Shown here: in pieces, positions 1 to 10,236 of the stretch
Layout of the letters: each line of letters opens with the position of its first letter
Numbering within the stretch: position 1 is the stretch's first letter
NCBI GenBank assembly: GCA_963765535.1
Contig: CAVXWU010000017.1
Span: 34,891 to 98,890, forward strand
Source: an uncultured Verrucomicrobiae bacterium
Lineage (GTDB): Bacteria; Verrucomicrobiota; Verrucomicrobiia; Limisphaerales; JAHDYP01
Direction: 5' to 3'
DNA length: 64,000 nucleotides
Made by a program: the position numbers and the translations under genes
The notes under the pieces: model-generated
Told to the model about the DNA's origin: nothing
Seen by the model: only the letters and a program-made list of their open reading frames with translations
Databases searched by the model: none

Positions 1-2
1 TC

Positions 3-263
3 GTTTGGCTCAATAAATACGGCAAACGCTGGCAATTGATGCACCTGAAAGACATGAAGCAGGGGGTAAAGCTCGGAGACCTTAGCGGCCATGCCGACGT
101 CGAATCGGATGTCGCGCTGGGTCAAGGTCAACTCGACTTGCCGGCCATCCTCCGCGCGGCCAAAAAAGCCGGCGTGAAATGGTATTTCATCGAAGATGAA
201 TCGTCCGCATCCGAGACCCAAATACCGGTAAGTCTAAACTATCTCAGTTCTGTGCGGTTTTAG
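3..263 (+). CDS. Sugar phosphate isomerase/epimerase (AP-endonuclease-2 TIM barrel), 5'-partial
   Basis: Open frame from window edge: W-x-x-MHLKD...LGQGQLD...WYFIEDE, typical C-terminal half of this family. Confidence 0.8.
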   Translation, partial: VWLNKYGKRWQLMHLKDMKQGVKLGDLSGHADVESDVALGQGQLDLPAILRAAKKAGVKWYFIEDESSASETQIPVSLNYLSSVRF

Positions 264-329
264 CACCCGTTACATTCCCGGGCCCGGTTGCTCCGCGCAT
301 TGATCAGGGAGCGGCATGGTGGCACCTCG

Positions 330-1109
330 CTAGTTCTTTCGTTTCAGAAGGTTCGTCACGTCTTGGGCGGCTTCGTCCAGCGCCTTCCGGGCCGCGTCTT
401 GCCCGGCCTGCTTCAGGCCCTCGGTCAGGTCATCCACGGAGCCGCCAATCGCTCGCGCCGCGACCACCGTGGCTTTGTCGATGATCTCGCGCAAAAGCCG
501 GTCGGTCAGCTCCGCTGTGGTGATCCCTTCCGGGCCGGTGCCGAGATTCGACAGGCGAATCTCCGGCAGATCAATAGTCGTGGCCCGATCGCTGAGCACA
601 TCCATCAAGATGTGGACTTTGCCATTTGCGACCACGAGTTCGTCGATCTGCAATTTCCTATTGGCTTCATCGGATTTCTTTTCCTTCGGATGCCCTGATC
701 CGGCCGTGTCCTCGAACCGCTCATTGATGTTATCCAGAATCCGGCTCAGGTTGTTTTCCTTGAGGCCACCCTCAAACGTAATGACCGGGGCCATCAAGTC
801 GAGCCTGCGCACGACCACCTTGTCCGAGAAAAAGGAACTGGGCTGTGTCGCAAGCACGAGGCTGCCCAGCTTGATGGCCGAATCGCTTTGGTAGCCTTCA
901 GGATTGCCGATGAATAAACCATCCACTTCCACGCGGCCCGACCATAGAGACACGCTCACTTTCTGCACTTGCACGTCCACCTTCGTCAACCGGGGTCCGA
1001 CAACTTCGACGGCGCGTTTGACGCCCTGGCCGAGGAACAGAGTCAGGCCAACAATGGCCGCGACCAACAGGACCGCCAGGATCATCATCCATTTTAAAAT
1101 TCTTCTCAT
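330..1109 (-). CDS. AsmA-family protein
   Basis: N-terminal TM anchor followed by IGNPEG(Y) and NLSRILDNI motifs; ATG at 1109 chosen. Confidence 0.7.
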   Translation of the reverse strand: MRRILKWMMILAVLLVAAIVGLTLFLGQGVKRAVEVVGPRLTKVDVQVQKVSVSLWSGRVEVDGLFIGNPEGYQSDSAIKLGSLVLATQPSSFFSDKVVVRRLDLMAPVITFEGGLKENNLSRILDNINERFEDTAGSGHPKEKKSDEANRKLQIDELVVANGKVHILMDVLSDRATTIDLPEIRLSNLGTGPEGITTAELTDRLLREIIDKATVVAARAIGGSVDDLTEGLKQAGQDAARKALDEAAQDVTNLLKRKN

Positions 1110-1170
1110 CGGTTCCGCTACCAATACCTCTAACACAAACTATCGACCCCCGCACAATCACGCCGCGTCC

Positions 1171-3384
1171 TCAAAGCAATCCCAGAACCCACGAGACCGC
1201 CGCGTCACTGAACCCTCCGACATCCCCGTTGTATCGCGTCAGTCGGTTCTCCGCCCCCGCTCCGTGATAGATCCGCTCGAGCACGGCTTCATAGCCCGGA
1301 CGCTCTCCGCCAATCAGAAGGTCACTGGGCGCACCCAAGGCGATCAGACCGGGCAGATCGAAGTACTTCGCACCACCTGGGAGGAAATTCTCGGCGCGAA
1401 TATCCAGCAATTGTCCGAATCGGAATCCCCCGATGTCGATTGCCACGCCGCTGAGAGCATTGCCACTGACGGCACGCACCGCTGCGGCCCATGGCGCGCC
1501 AGCCAGGCCGACCATGAATAGCCGGCGCGGTTGTGGCTCGCGCTCTTGCACATACCGTATCGTGGTCAGCAGATCGTGCACGCGCTGAGCAAACAGACTG
1601 GGATTGTAACCGAGTGTGTACACCGCGGACTCGCGCGGGTTCTCGACCCGCCGCGTTTCAGTCCGATTTTCCCCTGGGTCAAGAAAATCGCCCTGGTAAA
1701 GGAGGTCGACCCCCACCACCTCCGCGCCCTTTTCGATCAACCGGCGAATAGCCGGCATTGGCTTCGGATCGCTGCCGTCTCCCGGCTCGAACAGGTTGGC
1801 CTTCCCCTCGGGGCCAACCCAGATAACCGTGACGCCGTTCCATTGCCGGGGCTCCAACCGGATCACTGGCAATTCCTCACCGCGCGACGTATTCCGGACC
1901 ATCCCGGCAAATTCCCGCCATGAGCCGCGGTCCTGCTCGGACAACTGTTGCCAAGTCACCGGTCCCGTCTCGGCCAATGTCCGGCCAATCAGGACTTCGA
2001 CCGCCCCACCCACAACTTTCCGGTAACTCGCGACATCATCCAGCGTCCCGGTCAATTGCCGCTCCGCATCCGCAGTCCACCACCGCAGCAACCCGCGTTC
2101 GAATTCCGGTCCGCCTTTCGGTGCCGGATGGCTCGCGTCCCACACGCTGAGTTGCTGGCCGGTCAGCCGTGTGTAATCCTGTTCGACGATCGGTTCCTCG
2201 AGGCCGAGTTTCAGGTTACGGTTGAACCAGGAATAAAGGGCGGCGCGGCTGACACTATTGTAATTGTGCTCGAATTGTTCGCCACGAGTCAGACTCACCA
2301 GGTTGGGCGATCCCATCAGGGCATAGTGCTGCAACAACTCCGGAAAACCCTTGGTGGACATCTCTTTTGTCCAATCATTGGCCGTTGTGAGCCCAAGCGG
2401 CTTGGGCGCGAACAAGGCGGCAAACTCCACGTTCCCTGTGTCAACTCGCAGCAGGCAGGCGTTCTCGCAAGTACATCCCCCCTGCATGGCCGTTGACACC
2501 ATCACGGCCGGAAACGCCACCGCCGGCCTCGGATCCAATGCACATAATATGAACGTCTGGGTCCCTCCTCCACTCGCACCGGTCACCCCGATTCGTTCCG
2601 GATCGACATCCGGCAAGGACACCAGAAAATCCAATGCCCGGATCGAGTTCCAGGCCTGGAGTCCCATCACACTCTGCAAATGCTCCTCGGCCTGGGGGCT
2701 GAACAGTCCCCAGTCTGCCAACGTATTCATCTCCGGCCGTTGGGTTGCGAAACCATGGGCAAGTTCCTGGGAAATCTGGACGCTGTCCGCATACCCGATC
2801 ATATCATAGTGAAAGACGACGCAACCCATGCGCGCCAATTCCACCGCGCGCGCTTGCAACGGGCTGCGCCCCCCCTCTTCAAATCGTTCCGCCCCTTCCG
2901 CGATCGCTTTCCGGACTGCGTCGAGTCCGGCGTCGTGGAAACGGCCATCCGACCAATGCCCATGGGGCGAAAGCACACCCGGCCGCCGTCCTGCTTGTCC
3001 CTTCGGCCGGTAAAGACTTCCCGTTACCTCAAACCCCGGCATGCTTTCAAAATGGACCTTCTCGATCGTGTATTCACCCATGTCCAGGCGATCGCGTACG
3101 ACTGCATTCAAGGGCGTCCGTTCCGGCCAGGGCCATAATCCCAGCGACACCCGGATCTGACGCCGCACCCGCTCGGCCCTGTGAGTCCAGGCCTCCCTTG
3201 AATCCGACGGCAAAAATGGAAAATATCCGTCAAGATCCTTCAATGGCCCCAAACGGACATCATCCGGTTTCTGTTTCTCGGGCAATACCCGCAAAGTGTC
3301 CGCCCATAGCCCCGTCCCCAGGCAAAGCAACGGTCCCAGGTTCAAACTCTTCTGATTGCGATCTCTCAATGGTTGGCAGGTCAT
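1171..3384 (-). CDS. Acetylxylan esterase-like alpha/beta hydrolase (two-domain)
   Basis: GVLSPHGHW, nucleophile elbow GASGGGTQT, GGCTCEN, EHNYN; start uncertain. Confidence 0.8.
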   Translation of the reverse strand: MTCQPLRDRNQKSLNLGPLLCLGTGLWADTLRVLPEKQKPDDVRLGPLKDLDGYFPFLPSDSREAWTHRAERVRRQIRVSLGLWPWPERTPLNAVVRDRLDMGEYTIEKVHFESMPGFEVTGSLYRPKGQAGRRPGVLSPHGHWSDGRFHDAGLDAVRKAIAEGAERFEEGGRSPLQARAVELARMGCVVFHYDMIGYADSVQISQELAHGFATQRPEMNTLADWGLFSPQAEEHLQSVMGLQAWNSIRALDFLVSLPDVDPERIGVTGASGGGTQTFILCALDPRPAVAFPAVMVSTAMQGGCTCENACLLRVDTGNVEFAALFAPKPLGLTTANDWTKEMSTKGFPELLQHYALMGSPNLVSLTRGEQFEHNYNSVSRAALYSWFNRNLKLGLEEPIVEQDYTRLTGQQLSVWDASHPAPKGGPEFERGLLRWWTADAERQLTGTLDDVASYRKVVGGAVEVLIGRTLAETGPVTWQQLSEQDRGSWREFAGMVRNTSRGEELPVIRLEPRQWNGVTVIWVGPEGKANLFEPGDGSDPKPMPAIRRLIEKGAEVVGVDLLYQGDFLDPGENRTETRRVENPRESAVYTLGYNPSLFAQRVHDLLTTIRYVQEREPQPRRLFMVGLAGAPWAAAVRAVSGNALSGVAIDIGGFRFGQLLDIRAENFLPGGAKYFDLPGLIALGAPSDLLIGGERPGYEAVLERIYHGAGAENRLTRYNGDVGGFSDAAVSWVLGLL

Positions 3385-3632
3385 AACCCGTTTCTCCGAA
3401 ATGCTGGTCTTCGCGAAAGGTGTTGGTTTAGCCCGCAGTCTGGCTGACCTAAGAGGGATTGGCAAGATGCGCGTCCATCGCTCGCGCAACGGGAACGCGC
3501 CTCGCTCGCCCCCTCGAGGCAGAGGGTGAGGGGGCCTCTGCCGACCTGGGGCACGCCCGGCCCTGCCGCGATGAGGGGCGCTCCGAAATCTGTGCCAAAT
3601 CGTTGTAGCGGCGATGAAGCAGGGACGGCAGG

Positions 3633-4463
3633 ATGCCCTTCGTGGCCACGCTCCACATTCAGCCCGTGAACGACCTCTCCGACCCGGTGCTCAAACCGTA
3701 TCGGACGCTGCGACGCCGCAAAGACCTCGAGCGCCTGAGGATTTTTGTCGTGGAAGGCGACAAAGTAGTGCAGCGGCTGCTCGAGAGTTCTTACCCGGTG
3801 GAATCGCTGCTCCTGACCGAAGCCTGGCTCGAACGCCTGCAGGACCTGCTCAATCGACGCTCGGAAGAGATCACGGTCTTCCTGGCCGATAAGGATCAAA
3901 TCGAGGAAATCACCGGTTTCGGTTGCTACCAGCCGATCAAGGCCGTCGGACGTATCGCGCATCCCTCTAACTTGACCAGCGTGTTGCTGGCTTCCCCGCA
4001 CCCCCGCCTGTTCGCCGCGTTCGATGGGATCTCCAACGCCGAGAATCTCGGCGTCATGGTCCGGAATTGTGCCGCGCTTGGCGCCCAGGCCCTCATCGTG
4101 GGGGAGACTTCCGCCAGCCCATTCCTGACGCGCGCCATTCGCACTTCGATGGGCGCCATCTTTCGCCTTCCCGCCGTGGAAGTGCAGGACCTGGCGGCCG
4201 CCCTTGAAACGATGGGGGCGCACGGGATCCGTTGCCTGGCGGCGCACCCGTCAGCCGGAGGCAAAGCGCCGCCCCAAGTGGACATGAGGGGGGACATCTG
4301 CCTGTTATTCGGGAGTGAGGGACAGGGCTTGCGCCCGGAAGTGCTCAAGGCAAGTGCGGATGCCGTGGCTATCCCGATGACTGCCGGGATCGACTCATTG
4401 AATGTCAGCAGCGCAACCGCGGTCATGCTCTACGAAGCGGCCCGTCAACGTGGCCAGGTTTGA
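3633..4463 (+). CDS. TrmH/SpoU-family RNA methyltransferase
   Basis: SPOUT motifs NAENLG, FGSEGQGL, IPM..GIDSLNVS. Confidence 0.9.
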   Translation: MPFVATLHIQPVNDLSDPVLKPYRTLRRRKDLERLRIFVVEGDKVVQRLLESSYPVESLLLTEAWLERLQDLLNRRSEEITVFLADKDQIEEITGFGCYQPIKAVGRIAHPSNLTSVLLASPHPRLFAAFDGISNAENLGVMVRNCAALGAQALIVGETSASPFLTRAIRTSMGAIFRLPAVEVQDLAAALETMGAHGIRCLAAHPSAGGKAPPQVDMRGDICLLFGSEGQGLRPEVLKASADAVAIPMTAGIDSLNVSSATAVMLYEAARQRGQV

Positions 4464-4499
4464 CAGCGCAAAACCCATTTGTATAGTGCGCGAGCTGTT

Positions 4500-5504
4500 A
4501 TGAACTCGAATCCACACGTGGCCGTAGTCGGCGCGACAGGCGCCGTAGGCATCGAAATGATTAAGTGCCTCGAACGCCGGAATTTCCCGGCGCGACAGCT
4601 CACGCTCATGGCCTCCGCCCGATCTGCCGGTAAGAAACTCACCTATCGGGGCCAGTCGATCGAGATCAAGGAACTGACGGCCAATGCTTTCGCGGGTATC
4701 GACCTTGCCTTGTTCAGCGCCGGCGGGGCCATCTCGCGGGAGTTCGCACCCCGGGCCGTCCAGGACGGCTGCGTGGTTGTGGATAATTCCAGCGCCTTCC
4801 GGATGGATGACCAGGTGCCGTTGGTCGTGCCCGAGATTAATGCTCCCGACGTCGAACGGCACCGGGGCATCATCGCCAATCCGAACTGCACCACGGCGAT
4901 CGCGCTCATGGCGATTTATCCGCTCCACCAGGCATTCGGGGTGAAACGAGTCTTTGCCTCCAGTTACCAGGCCGTTTCGGGCACCGGCGCGAAAGCTATC
5001 GAGGAGCTGCGCCGCCAGGTTCGGCAGGTAGTCGACGGACAGCCCGCGACGCACGAAGTCTACCCGCATCAGATCGCGTTCAACGTCCTGCCCCATGTCG
5101 ATTCCTTTCTTCCCAATGGATACACCAAGGAAGAAATGAAGATGGAAAATGAAGGGCGCAAGATCATGCATCATCCCGATTTCCGCGCAAGTGTGACTTG
5201 CGTGCGCGTCCCCGTCTACCGCGCCCACTCGGTCGCCATTACTGCCGAGCTCCAAAAAATGGCCACGGTAGAAGCGGCGCATGCCGTCCTCCGACAGGCT
5301 CCGGGACTTGATCTGGTGGATCATCCGGAGAAGGCGGAGTATCCCCTTCCGCTCTATGCGGCGGAGAAAGACAACTGCCAGGTCGGCCGCGTACGTCTCG
5401 ATTGCGCGATGGACAATGGGCTCTGCTTTTGGGTCTCGGGAGATCAACTCCTGAAAGGAGCGGCGCTCAACGCGGTGCAAATCGCAGAACTCCTCCTGCA
5501 GTAA
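4500..5504 (+). CDS. asd: Aspartate-semialdehyde dehydrogenase
   Basis: VVGATGAVG, DNSSAFRM, IIANPNCTT, CVRVPV..AHS, DQLLKGAALNAVQ. Confidence 0.97.
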   Translation: MNSNPHVAVVGATGAVGIEMIKCLERRNFPARQLTLMASARSAGKKLTYRGQSIEIKELTANAFAGIDLALFSAGGAISREFAPRAVQDGCVVVDNSSAFRMDDQVPLVVPEINAPDVERHRGIIANPNCTTAIALMAIYPLHQAFGVKRVFASSYQAVSGTGAKAIEELRRQVRQVVDGQPATHEVYPHQIAFNVLPHVDSFLPNGYTKEEMKMENEGRKIMHHPDFRASVTCVRVPVYRAHSVAITAELQKMATVEAAHAVLRQAPGLDLVDHPEKAEYPLPLYAAEKDNCQVGRVRLDCAMDNGLCFWVSGDQLLKGAALNAVQIAELLLQ

Positions 5505-5861
5505 AGGCCGACCCCCGTTCCGCTCACGTTTCGGCTGCCCGTTCTTCCATCCGCATGGCATCGACGAACGGCGACATGGGACACTCCAGTGAATCGGCGA
5601 TGGGGGATGTCGGCCAGCGTCGGACGTCATCCCCTTAAATGCACGAGAGCCGTGACGACACTCGCCAGCGGCGGCAGCGGCTTATCCAATGCACGCTGAA
5701 TCCTCACATGCGTTCCAACAGATGGGCACATCGCGTCGTCTCCCAGTCCAGCCCGGTGGAAAAGAGCTGGCCCGTAATCTTGGCTTTACCTTTCAGGGCA
5801 CCCTGCCAGGTCAGGCACGCGCCTCACCCGAGAATACCGCGTTCGTGCGCTCGCAACCGGA

Positions 5862-6659
5862 TTACTCGATCCCGGATGCGTACTCAGATCCAGCGCCTCG
5901 CAAACTTCGACCACCCCGGGTTTCCCGCGGCTGAATGCCCGCGGACGAACCACTGTAGCCCCGCTCGGTTCCATCCCGCCTTCGACAGATCGCCGCGGCG
6001 TCGGCCTCTTGCAGATTCGCCACCAGCCAGTCCGGCGAACTTTGTTCGAGCTCCGACCACGAGGCGCCGCCCGTGGCCACGGCAAGCACCCGCGCTTGAA
6101 TGGCCCGTCCGCAGGCCACGTCGTGCACGGTGTCACCCACCACCAGGATCTCGTCACCCGACAATGGCCGGCCGATCGTTTTCCCGCAGCGATCCCGGGC
6201 GATCAGGGCGATTTCATTGCGATCCTCGTGATCATCACCAAACGCGCCCGTCTCGAACCGGTCCCACAACCCGAACCGGCGCAATTTGATCTCGGCGCCC
6301 AACCGGATGTTGCCGGTCAACAGCCCGATCTTCGGCGGATCCGGCAAGGCAGCCAGGGTCTCGATGAATGGGAGCACCCCGGGGCATACCGAACCAGACG
6401 GGCTCTCGGTCAGGAGATGATCGAGCCAGAAGACGTAGGCATCGAAAAAGCGGTGGACATGTTCGGGCGTATGCTCGATGCCACAGCAGCCGAACAACTC
6501 CCGGACCAGCGAAGTATCCGTCCGCCCGCCAAACCGGATCAGACCGCGGACATCGGCCATGCCGAACTCGGAACCCAGCGCGCGATAAAAGGCCTCCACG
6601 CCGACCCCTTTCGTGCGAATCAGGGTGCCGTCAATGTCGAATAACGCCAACCGAACCAA
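5862..6659 (-). CDS. HAD-family hydrolase
   Basis: FDIDGTL motif I, LLTGN, VGDTVHD; TTG start just downstream of the ferritin stop. Confidence 0.85.
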   Translation of the reverse strand: MVRLALFDIDGTLIRTKGVGVEAFYRALGSEFGMADVRGLIRFGGRTDTSLVRELFGCCGIEHTPEHVHRFFDAYVFWLDHLLTESPSGSVCPGVLPFIETLAALPDPPKIGLLTGNIRLGAEIKLRRFGLWDRFETGAFGDDHEDRNEIALIARDRCGKTIGRPLSGDEILVVGDTVHDVACGRAIQARVLAVATGGASWSELEQSSPDWLVANLQEADAAAICRRRDGTERGYSGSSAGIQPRETRGGRSLRGAGSEYASGIE

Positions 6660-6663
6660 GCGA

Positions 6664-7179
6664 CTACCCTTCCCTCGCGCCGCTGGCCCGAAGTTTGTCG
6701 CCATGCCGGGCCACGAATTCTTCGAGGAACAGCACGTTTTCCTTCGCCCGCTGCGCGACTTTCACGAGGGTCTCCATGGTGGAGACTTCTTCCAGTTGCT
6801 CCTTGATGAACCAGGTCAGGAAATTCTGGCTGACGTAGTCCTTCTCCTTAACTCCGAGTTCATACAAGGCGGTGATTTGCGCCGTCACTTCGCGCTCCCA
6901 GCCCAGGGATAATTCCAATGCCTCGAGCACCTGCTTGAACGAATGTCGCGGCGCCGGGATGGCCGGGATCTCGACCCGCCCCCCCGAGTCCACCACGAAT
7001 TTCACAAATCGCATGGCATGTTCCCGTTCCTCCTCCGCCTGCTTATAAAAAAACGCGGACAACTCGAGCAATCCTTCGTCCGAGAGATAGGACGCGATGG
7101 ATACATACTGTAGGGAGGCCCCAAATTCGTTGCCGATCTGTTGGTTGATCGCTTCGTTCACTGTCTTGCTGATTAACAT
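6664..7179 (-). CDS. ftnA: Bacterial ferritin
   Basis: AINQQIGNE..ASLQY, QAEEEREHAM, WFIKEQLEE ferroxidase motifs. Confidence 0.9.
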   Translation of the reverse strand: MLISKTVNEAINQQIGNEFGASLQYVSIASYLSDEGLLELSAFFYKQAEEEREHAMRFVKFVVDSGGRVEIPAIPAPRHSFKQVLEALELSLGWEREVTAQITALYELGVKEKDYVSQNFLTWFIKEQLEEVSTMETLVKVAQRAKENVLFLEEFVARHGDKLRASGAREG

Positions 7180-7279
7180 GGTTCCGTAGCCTTTCTTTTG
7201 TCGTCCACCGTGCGAGCCGCCTACTCTAACCAATGCGGTCGCTTCGTGCAAGGGCTCCTCATGGCACGCCTCTGACATC

Positions 7280-7360
7280 GGAGGGACGAGCTCCGCGAGT
7301 CCCATATCAGGGGCTCAGCAACTTGAGTCCACGTCAGGGCCTCGTGGAACTCGGCCCTCC
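7280..7360. repeat. Inverted REP-like doublet (REPIN-like)
   Basis: GGAGGGACGAGCTCCGCGAGTCCC at 7280-7303 and inverted variant (revcomp GGAGGGCCGAGTTCCACGAGGCCC) at 7337-7360; same unit recurs at 21.2 kb. Confidence 0.75.
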
Positions 7361-7446
7361 GGATTGACACCGCTCATTATGCGAACCGCTCAAGGCCTGG
7401 TCCGAATGCGGTTGTGTTTTCGCCGATAGCGGATTAGACACTGCGC

Positions 7447-10212
7447 ATGCTGGTCGACTTCCGCCATGTCCGGGGACTAATGGCAATAGTGTCAATCGGT
7501 ATTTCGACGATCGTATTGCTGCCCGCGTTCGGTGCCGCCGAGGAACCTCCCGGGAGCCGCCCGTTGACGGACGTGATGTTGAAGGGCTTGAAACCGCGCG
7601 CGATCGGGCCGGCCATAATGGGCGGGCGCGTGTCAGATATCGCGCTGAGCTCAAAGAATCCCTACGCCTTCTACGCCGGCATTTCCATGAGCGGCGTGTG
7701 GCAAACCAAAAATAATGGCATTTCCTTTGCCCCGGTGTTCGACGATCAGGCGGTCCAATCCATCGGCGCCGTCGCGGTCGCGCCCAGCGATCCGGATATT
7801 GTCTGGGTCGGCACCGGGGAGGGGAGCGACCGCAATTCCGCCGGTTGGGGCGACGGCGTTTATGTCTCCACCAACGGCGGCAATGTGTGGCAATCGGCCG
7901 GCCTCACAAGCAGCCGGGTCATCTGCCGAATCGTCATCCACCCAACGGACCCGCAAGTGGTGTATATCGCAGCCGCGGGTTCGCTTTGGGCTGAGGGGGG
8001 CGAACGCGGACTCTATCGCACGACCGATGGCGGAGCCACCTGGCGTTTGGTCCTCGCAGCGCCGCCACCGCATGACGCGCTCACGGGATGTTCGGATGTC
8101 GTCATGGATCCGCGCGAACCCGACACGCTTTATGCAGCGCTCTACGCCCGGCAACGCAAATCATGGGGATTTTATTACGGGGTGAATCTCACCCGCGACC
8201 ACGCCGACGTGGGCGGTATTTTCAAAAGCACCGATGGTGGACTGAACTGGACAAAACTCACGAATGGCTTGCCGACGCTCACCGGTCGCATCGGTCTGGC
8301 CGTGGCGCAATCCAAGCCCGGCGTGGTCATGGCCGTAGTGCAAAGCGATGAGGGGGGCACCAGTGACCTCGATCAGAACCACAGCCGGCGCGGCGGCATC
8401 TTTCGCTCCGAAGACGATGGCGCAACGTGGACCCGTGTGAATGCGCTGAATCCGCGCCCGTTCTACTTCAGCAGGATCGAGGTGGATCCCGCCAACGACC
8501 AGAGGATCTACGTCCTCGGCTGGCAACTGTTCGTCTCGGACGACGGCGGAAACCATTTCCGGGAAGATCTCTCGGAGAACGTCCACGCCGACGTGCATGC
8601 CCTGGCCATTCAACCCGGAAGCACGCTTCCCCGGGAGAATCCCGAACCCGGCGATCAGGATGCCAGTCCTCAGCCGCCCGTCTCGCAGCGGCTGATCATG
8701 GGGACCGACGGCGGAATCTATCAAAGCTTTGATGCCGGAGGGACCTGGGAATTTCTGAATAATATCCCAGCCGGCCAGTACTACCGGATTGCGGTCGACG
8801 ACAACACGCCCTATCGCATTGCCGGCGGCCTGCAAGACAACTCGAATTGGGTCGGCCCCAGTCGCACGTTCACCAAGGAGGGAATTCGTAATGCCGATTG
8901 GACCATGATCGGAGGCGGCGACGGCTTTTATTGCGTGTTCGATCCCCAGGACCCCGACGTCATTTACGCCGAGTCCCAGGGTGGCGAGATCCATCGCTTT
9001 AACGCTCGCACCGGTGAGGTACGCGTTTGGAAGCCGATGCCGACCGAAGGCCAGCCGGCGTTTCGTTTCCAGTGGAACGCTCCATTGTTGGGGAGCAAGC
9101 ATCACCCCGGCACCCTCTATCTCGCCGGCAACCGCGTGTTCAAACTCCGCGACCATGCCGAGACATTCGACGTCATCAGCCCCGATCTCTCTTATCATCA
9201 ACCCGACAAGACGATCACCGTCGGCAGCACCGCGGAAAACTACGCGGTCGTCTATGCCCTGGCGGAATCGCCGGTTCAAGCGGACCTCCTCTTTGCGGGC
9301 ACCGATGACGGCAGGCTGTGGTTTACCGAAAACGAAGGCGCGGAGTGGTCCGAAATGACTGACGATATCCCGCCGGAGGTGCGCGGCAAGTGGGTGGCCC
9401 GAATCGAGCCCAGCCATTTTGATCCGGGCACGGCCTACGTCGTGTTTACCGATTACCGGGCCGGCAATGATGCGCCCTACATCTATCGAATGACCGAAAT
9501 GGGCAAGGTCTGGACCTGCCTCAGCGACGGTCTCGCCCGGAACAATCCGGCGATCGTCGTCCGGGAAGACCCGATCAATCCGCAACTCCTCTATGCGGGT
9601 ACCGAGTTTGGCCTATTCATGTCGATCGATGGCGGCACGAACTGGCTCGAGTTGGGAGGTCTTCCACCCGCACGCATGGACGACTTGAAGATCCATCCTC
9701 GCGAAGGGGACCTGGTGATTGGCACACACGGCCGCAGCCTCTATATCCTTGACGATACCGGTCCCCTTCGAGAACTCTCGCCGGAGATCCAGGCCAAGGA
9801 AGCCCACTTGTTCAGCATCCGTCCGGTGCAGGGCCGCTACTTTGCCCCGGATTGGGAGGATGCCTCCGGCAAAGGCTGGTTCAAGGGCGAAAACCCGCCC
9901 GAAGGGGCTTTGCTCACCGTCTGGGTGCGGGAGTTCGCGGGAGAGAAATGGAGCATCACAATCACCAACGACCGTGGCCAGCCGATGGCCAAGTTCGAGC
10001 AGGCCGCCACCCCGGGCTTCACCCGGTTGAACTGGGATTTGCGCATTGGCGAGGATTATCGCGGCGAGTACATGGGAGACGCGGCCGACCGGCTCGTGCC
10101 CCCCGGGGAGTACACCGCCGAGCTGAATTACCGGAACACCAAGGTCCGGCAATCTTTTGACGTGACCGTCGAAGAAGGCATATCCACTCACGGGACCTAC
10201 CGCGGCAATTGA
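7447..10212 (+). CDS. Secreted VPS10/BNR (Asp-box) repeat beta-propeller protein
   Basis: Signal peptide, IGPAIMGGRVSDI, many S/T-x-DGG-x-W Asp-boxes, GGLQDN, GGDGF, GTHGR. Confidence 0.85.
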   Translation: MLVDFRHVRGLMAIVSIGISTIVLLPAFGAAEEPPGSRPLTDVMLKGLKPRAIGPAIMGGRVSDIALSSKNPYAFYAGISMSGVWQTKNNGISFAPVFDDQAVQSIGAVAVAPSDPDIVWVGTGEGSDRNSAGWGDGVYVSTNGGNVWQSAGLTSSRVICRIVIHPTDPQVVYIAAAGSLWAEGGERGLYRTTDGGATWRLVLAAPPPHDALTGCSDVVMDPREPDTLYAALYARQRKSWGFYYGVNLTRDHADVGGIFKSTDGGLNWTKLTNGLPTLTGRIGLAVAQSKPGVVMAVVQSDEGGTSDLDQNHSRRGGIFRSEDDGATWTRVNALNPRPFYFSRIEVDPANDQRIYVLGWQLFVSDDGGNHFREDLSENVHADVHALAIQPGSTLPRENPEPGDQDASPQPPVSQRLIMGTDGGIYQSFDAGGTWEFLNNIPAGQYYRIAVDDNTPYRIAGGLQDNSNWVGPSRTFTKEGIRNADWTMIGGGDGFYCVFDPQDPDVIYAESQGGEIHRFNARTGEVRVWKPMPTEGQPAFRFQWNAPLLGSKHHPGTLYLAGNRVFKLRDHAETFDVISPDLSYHQPDKTITVGSTAENYAVVYALAESPVQADLLFAGTDDGRLWFTENEGAEWSEMTDDIPPEVRGKWVARIEPSHFDPGTAYVVFTDYRAGNDAPYIYRMTEMGKVWTCLSDGLARNNPAIVVREDPINPQLLYAGTEFGLFMSIDGGTNWLELGGLPPARMDDLKIHPREGDLVIGTHGRSLYILDDTGPLRELSPEIQAKEAHLFSIRPVQGRYFAPDWEDASGKGWFKGENPPEGALLTVWVREFAGEKWSITITNDRGQPMAKFEQAATPGFTRLNWDLRIGEDYRGEYMGDAADRLVPPGEYTAELNYRNTKVRQSFDVTVEEGISTHGTYRGN

Positions 10213-10236
10213 CGCCTCAAACCTTCCCCAGCACCT

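Noticed and set aside
5505-5860. Riboswitch or ncRNA in the gap between convergent asd and HAD genes
   Set aside because: Only short hairpins; no recognisable conserved motif, and not a 5' leader position
8161-9585. Long antisense ORFs (e.g. 8161-9585, 4395-5630, 60983-62443, 45319-46275)
   Set aside because: Shadow ORFs opposite well-supported genes in high-GC DNA; no recognisable motifs
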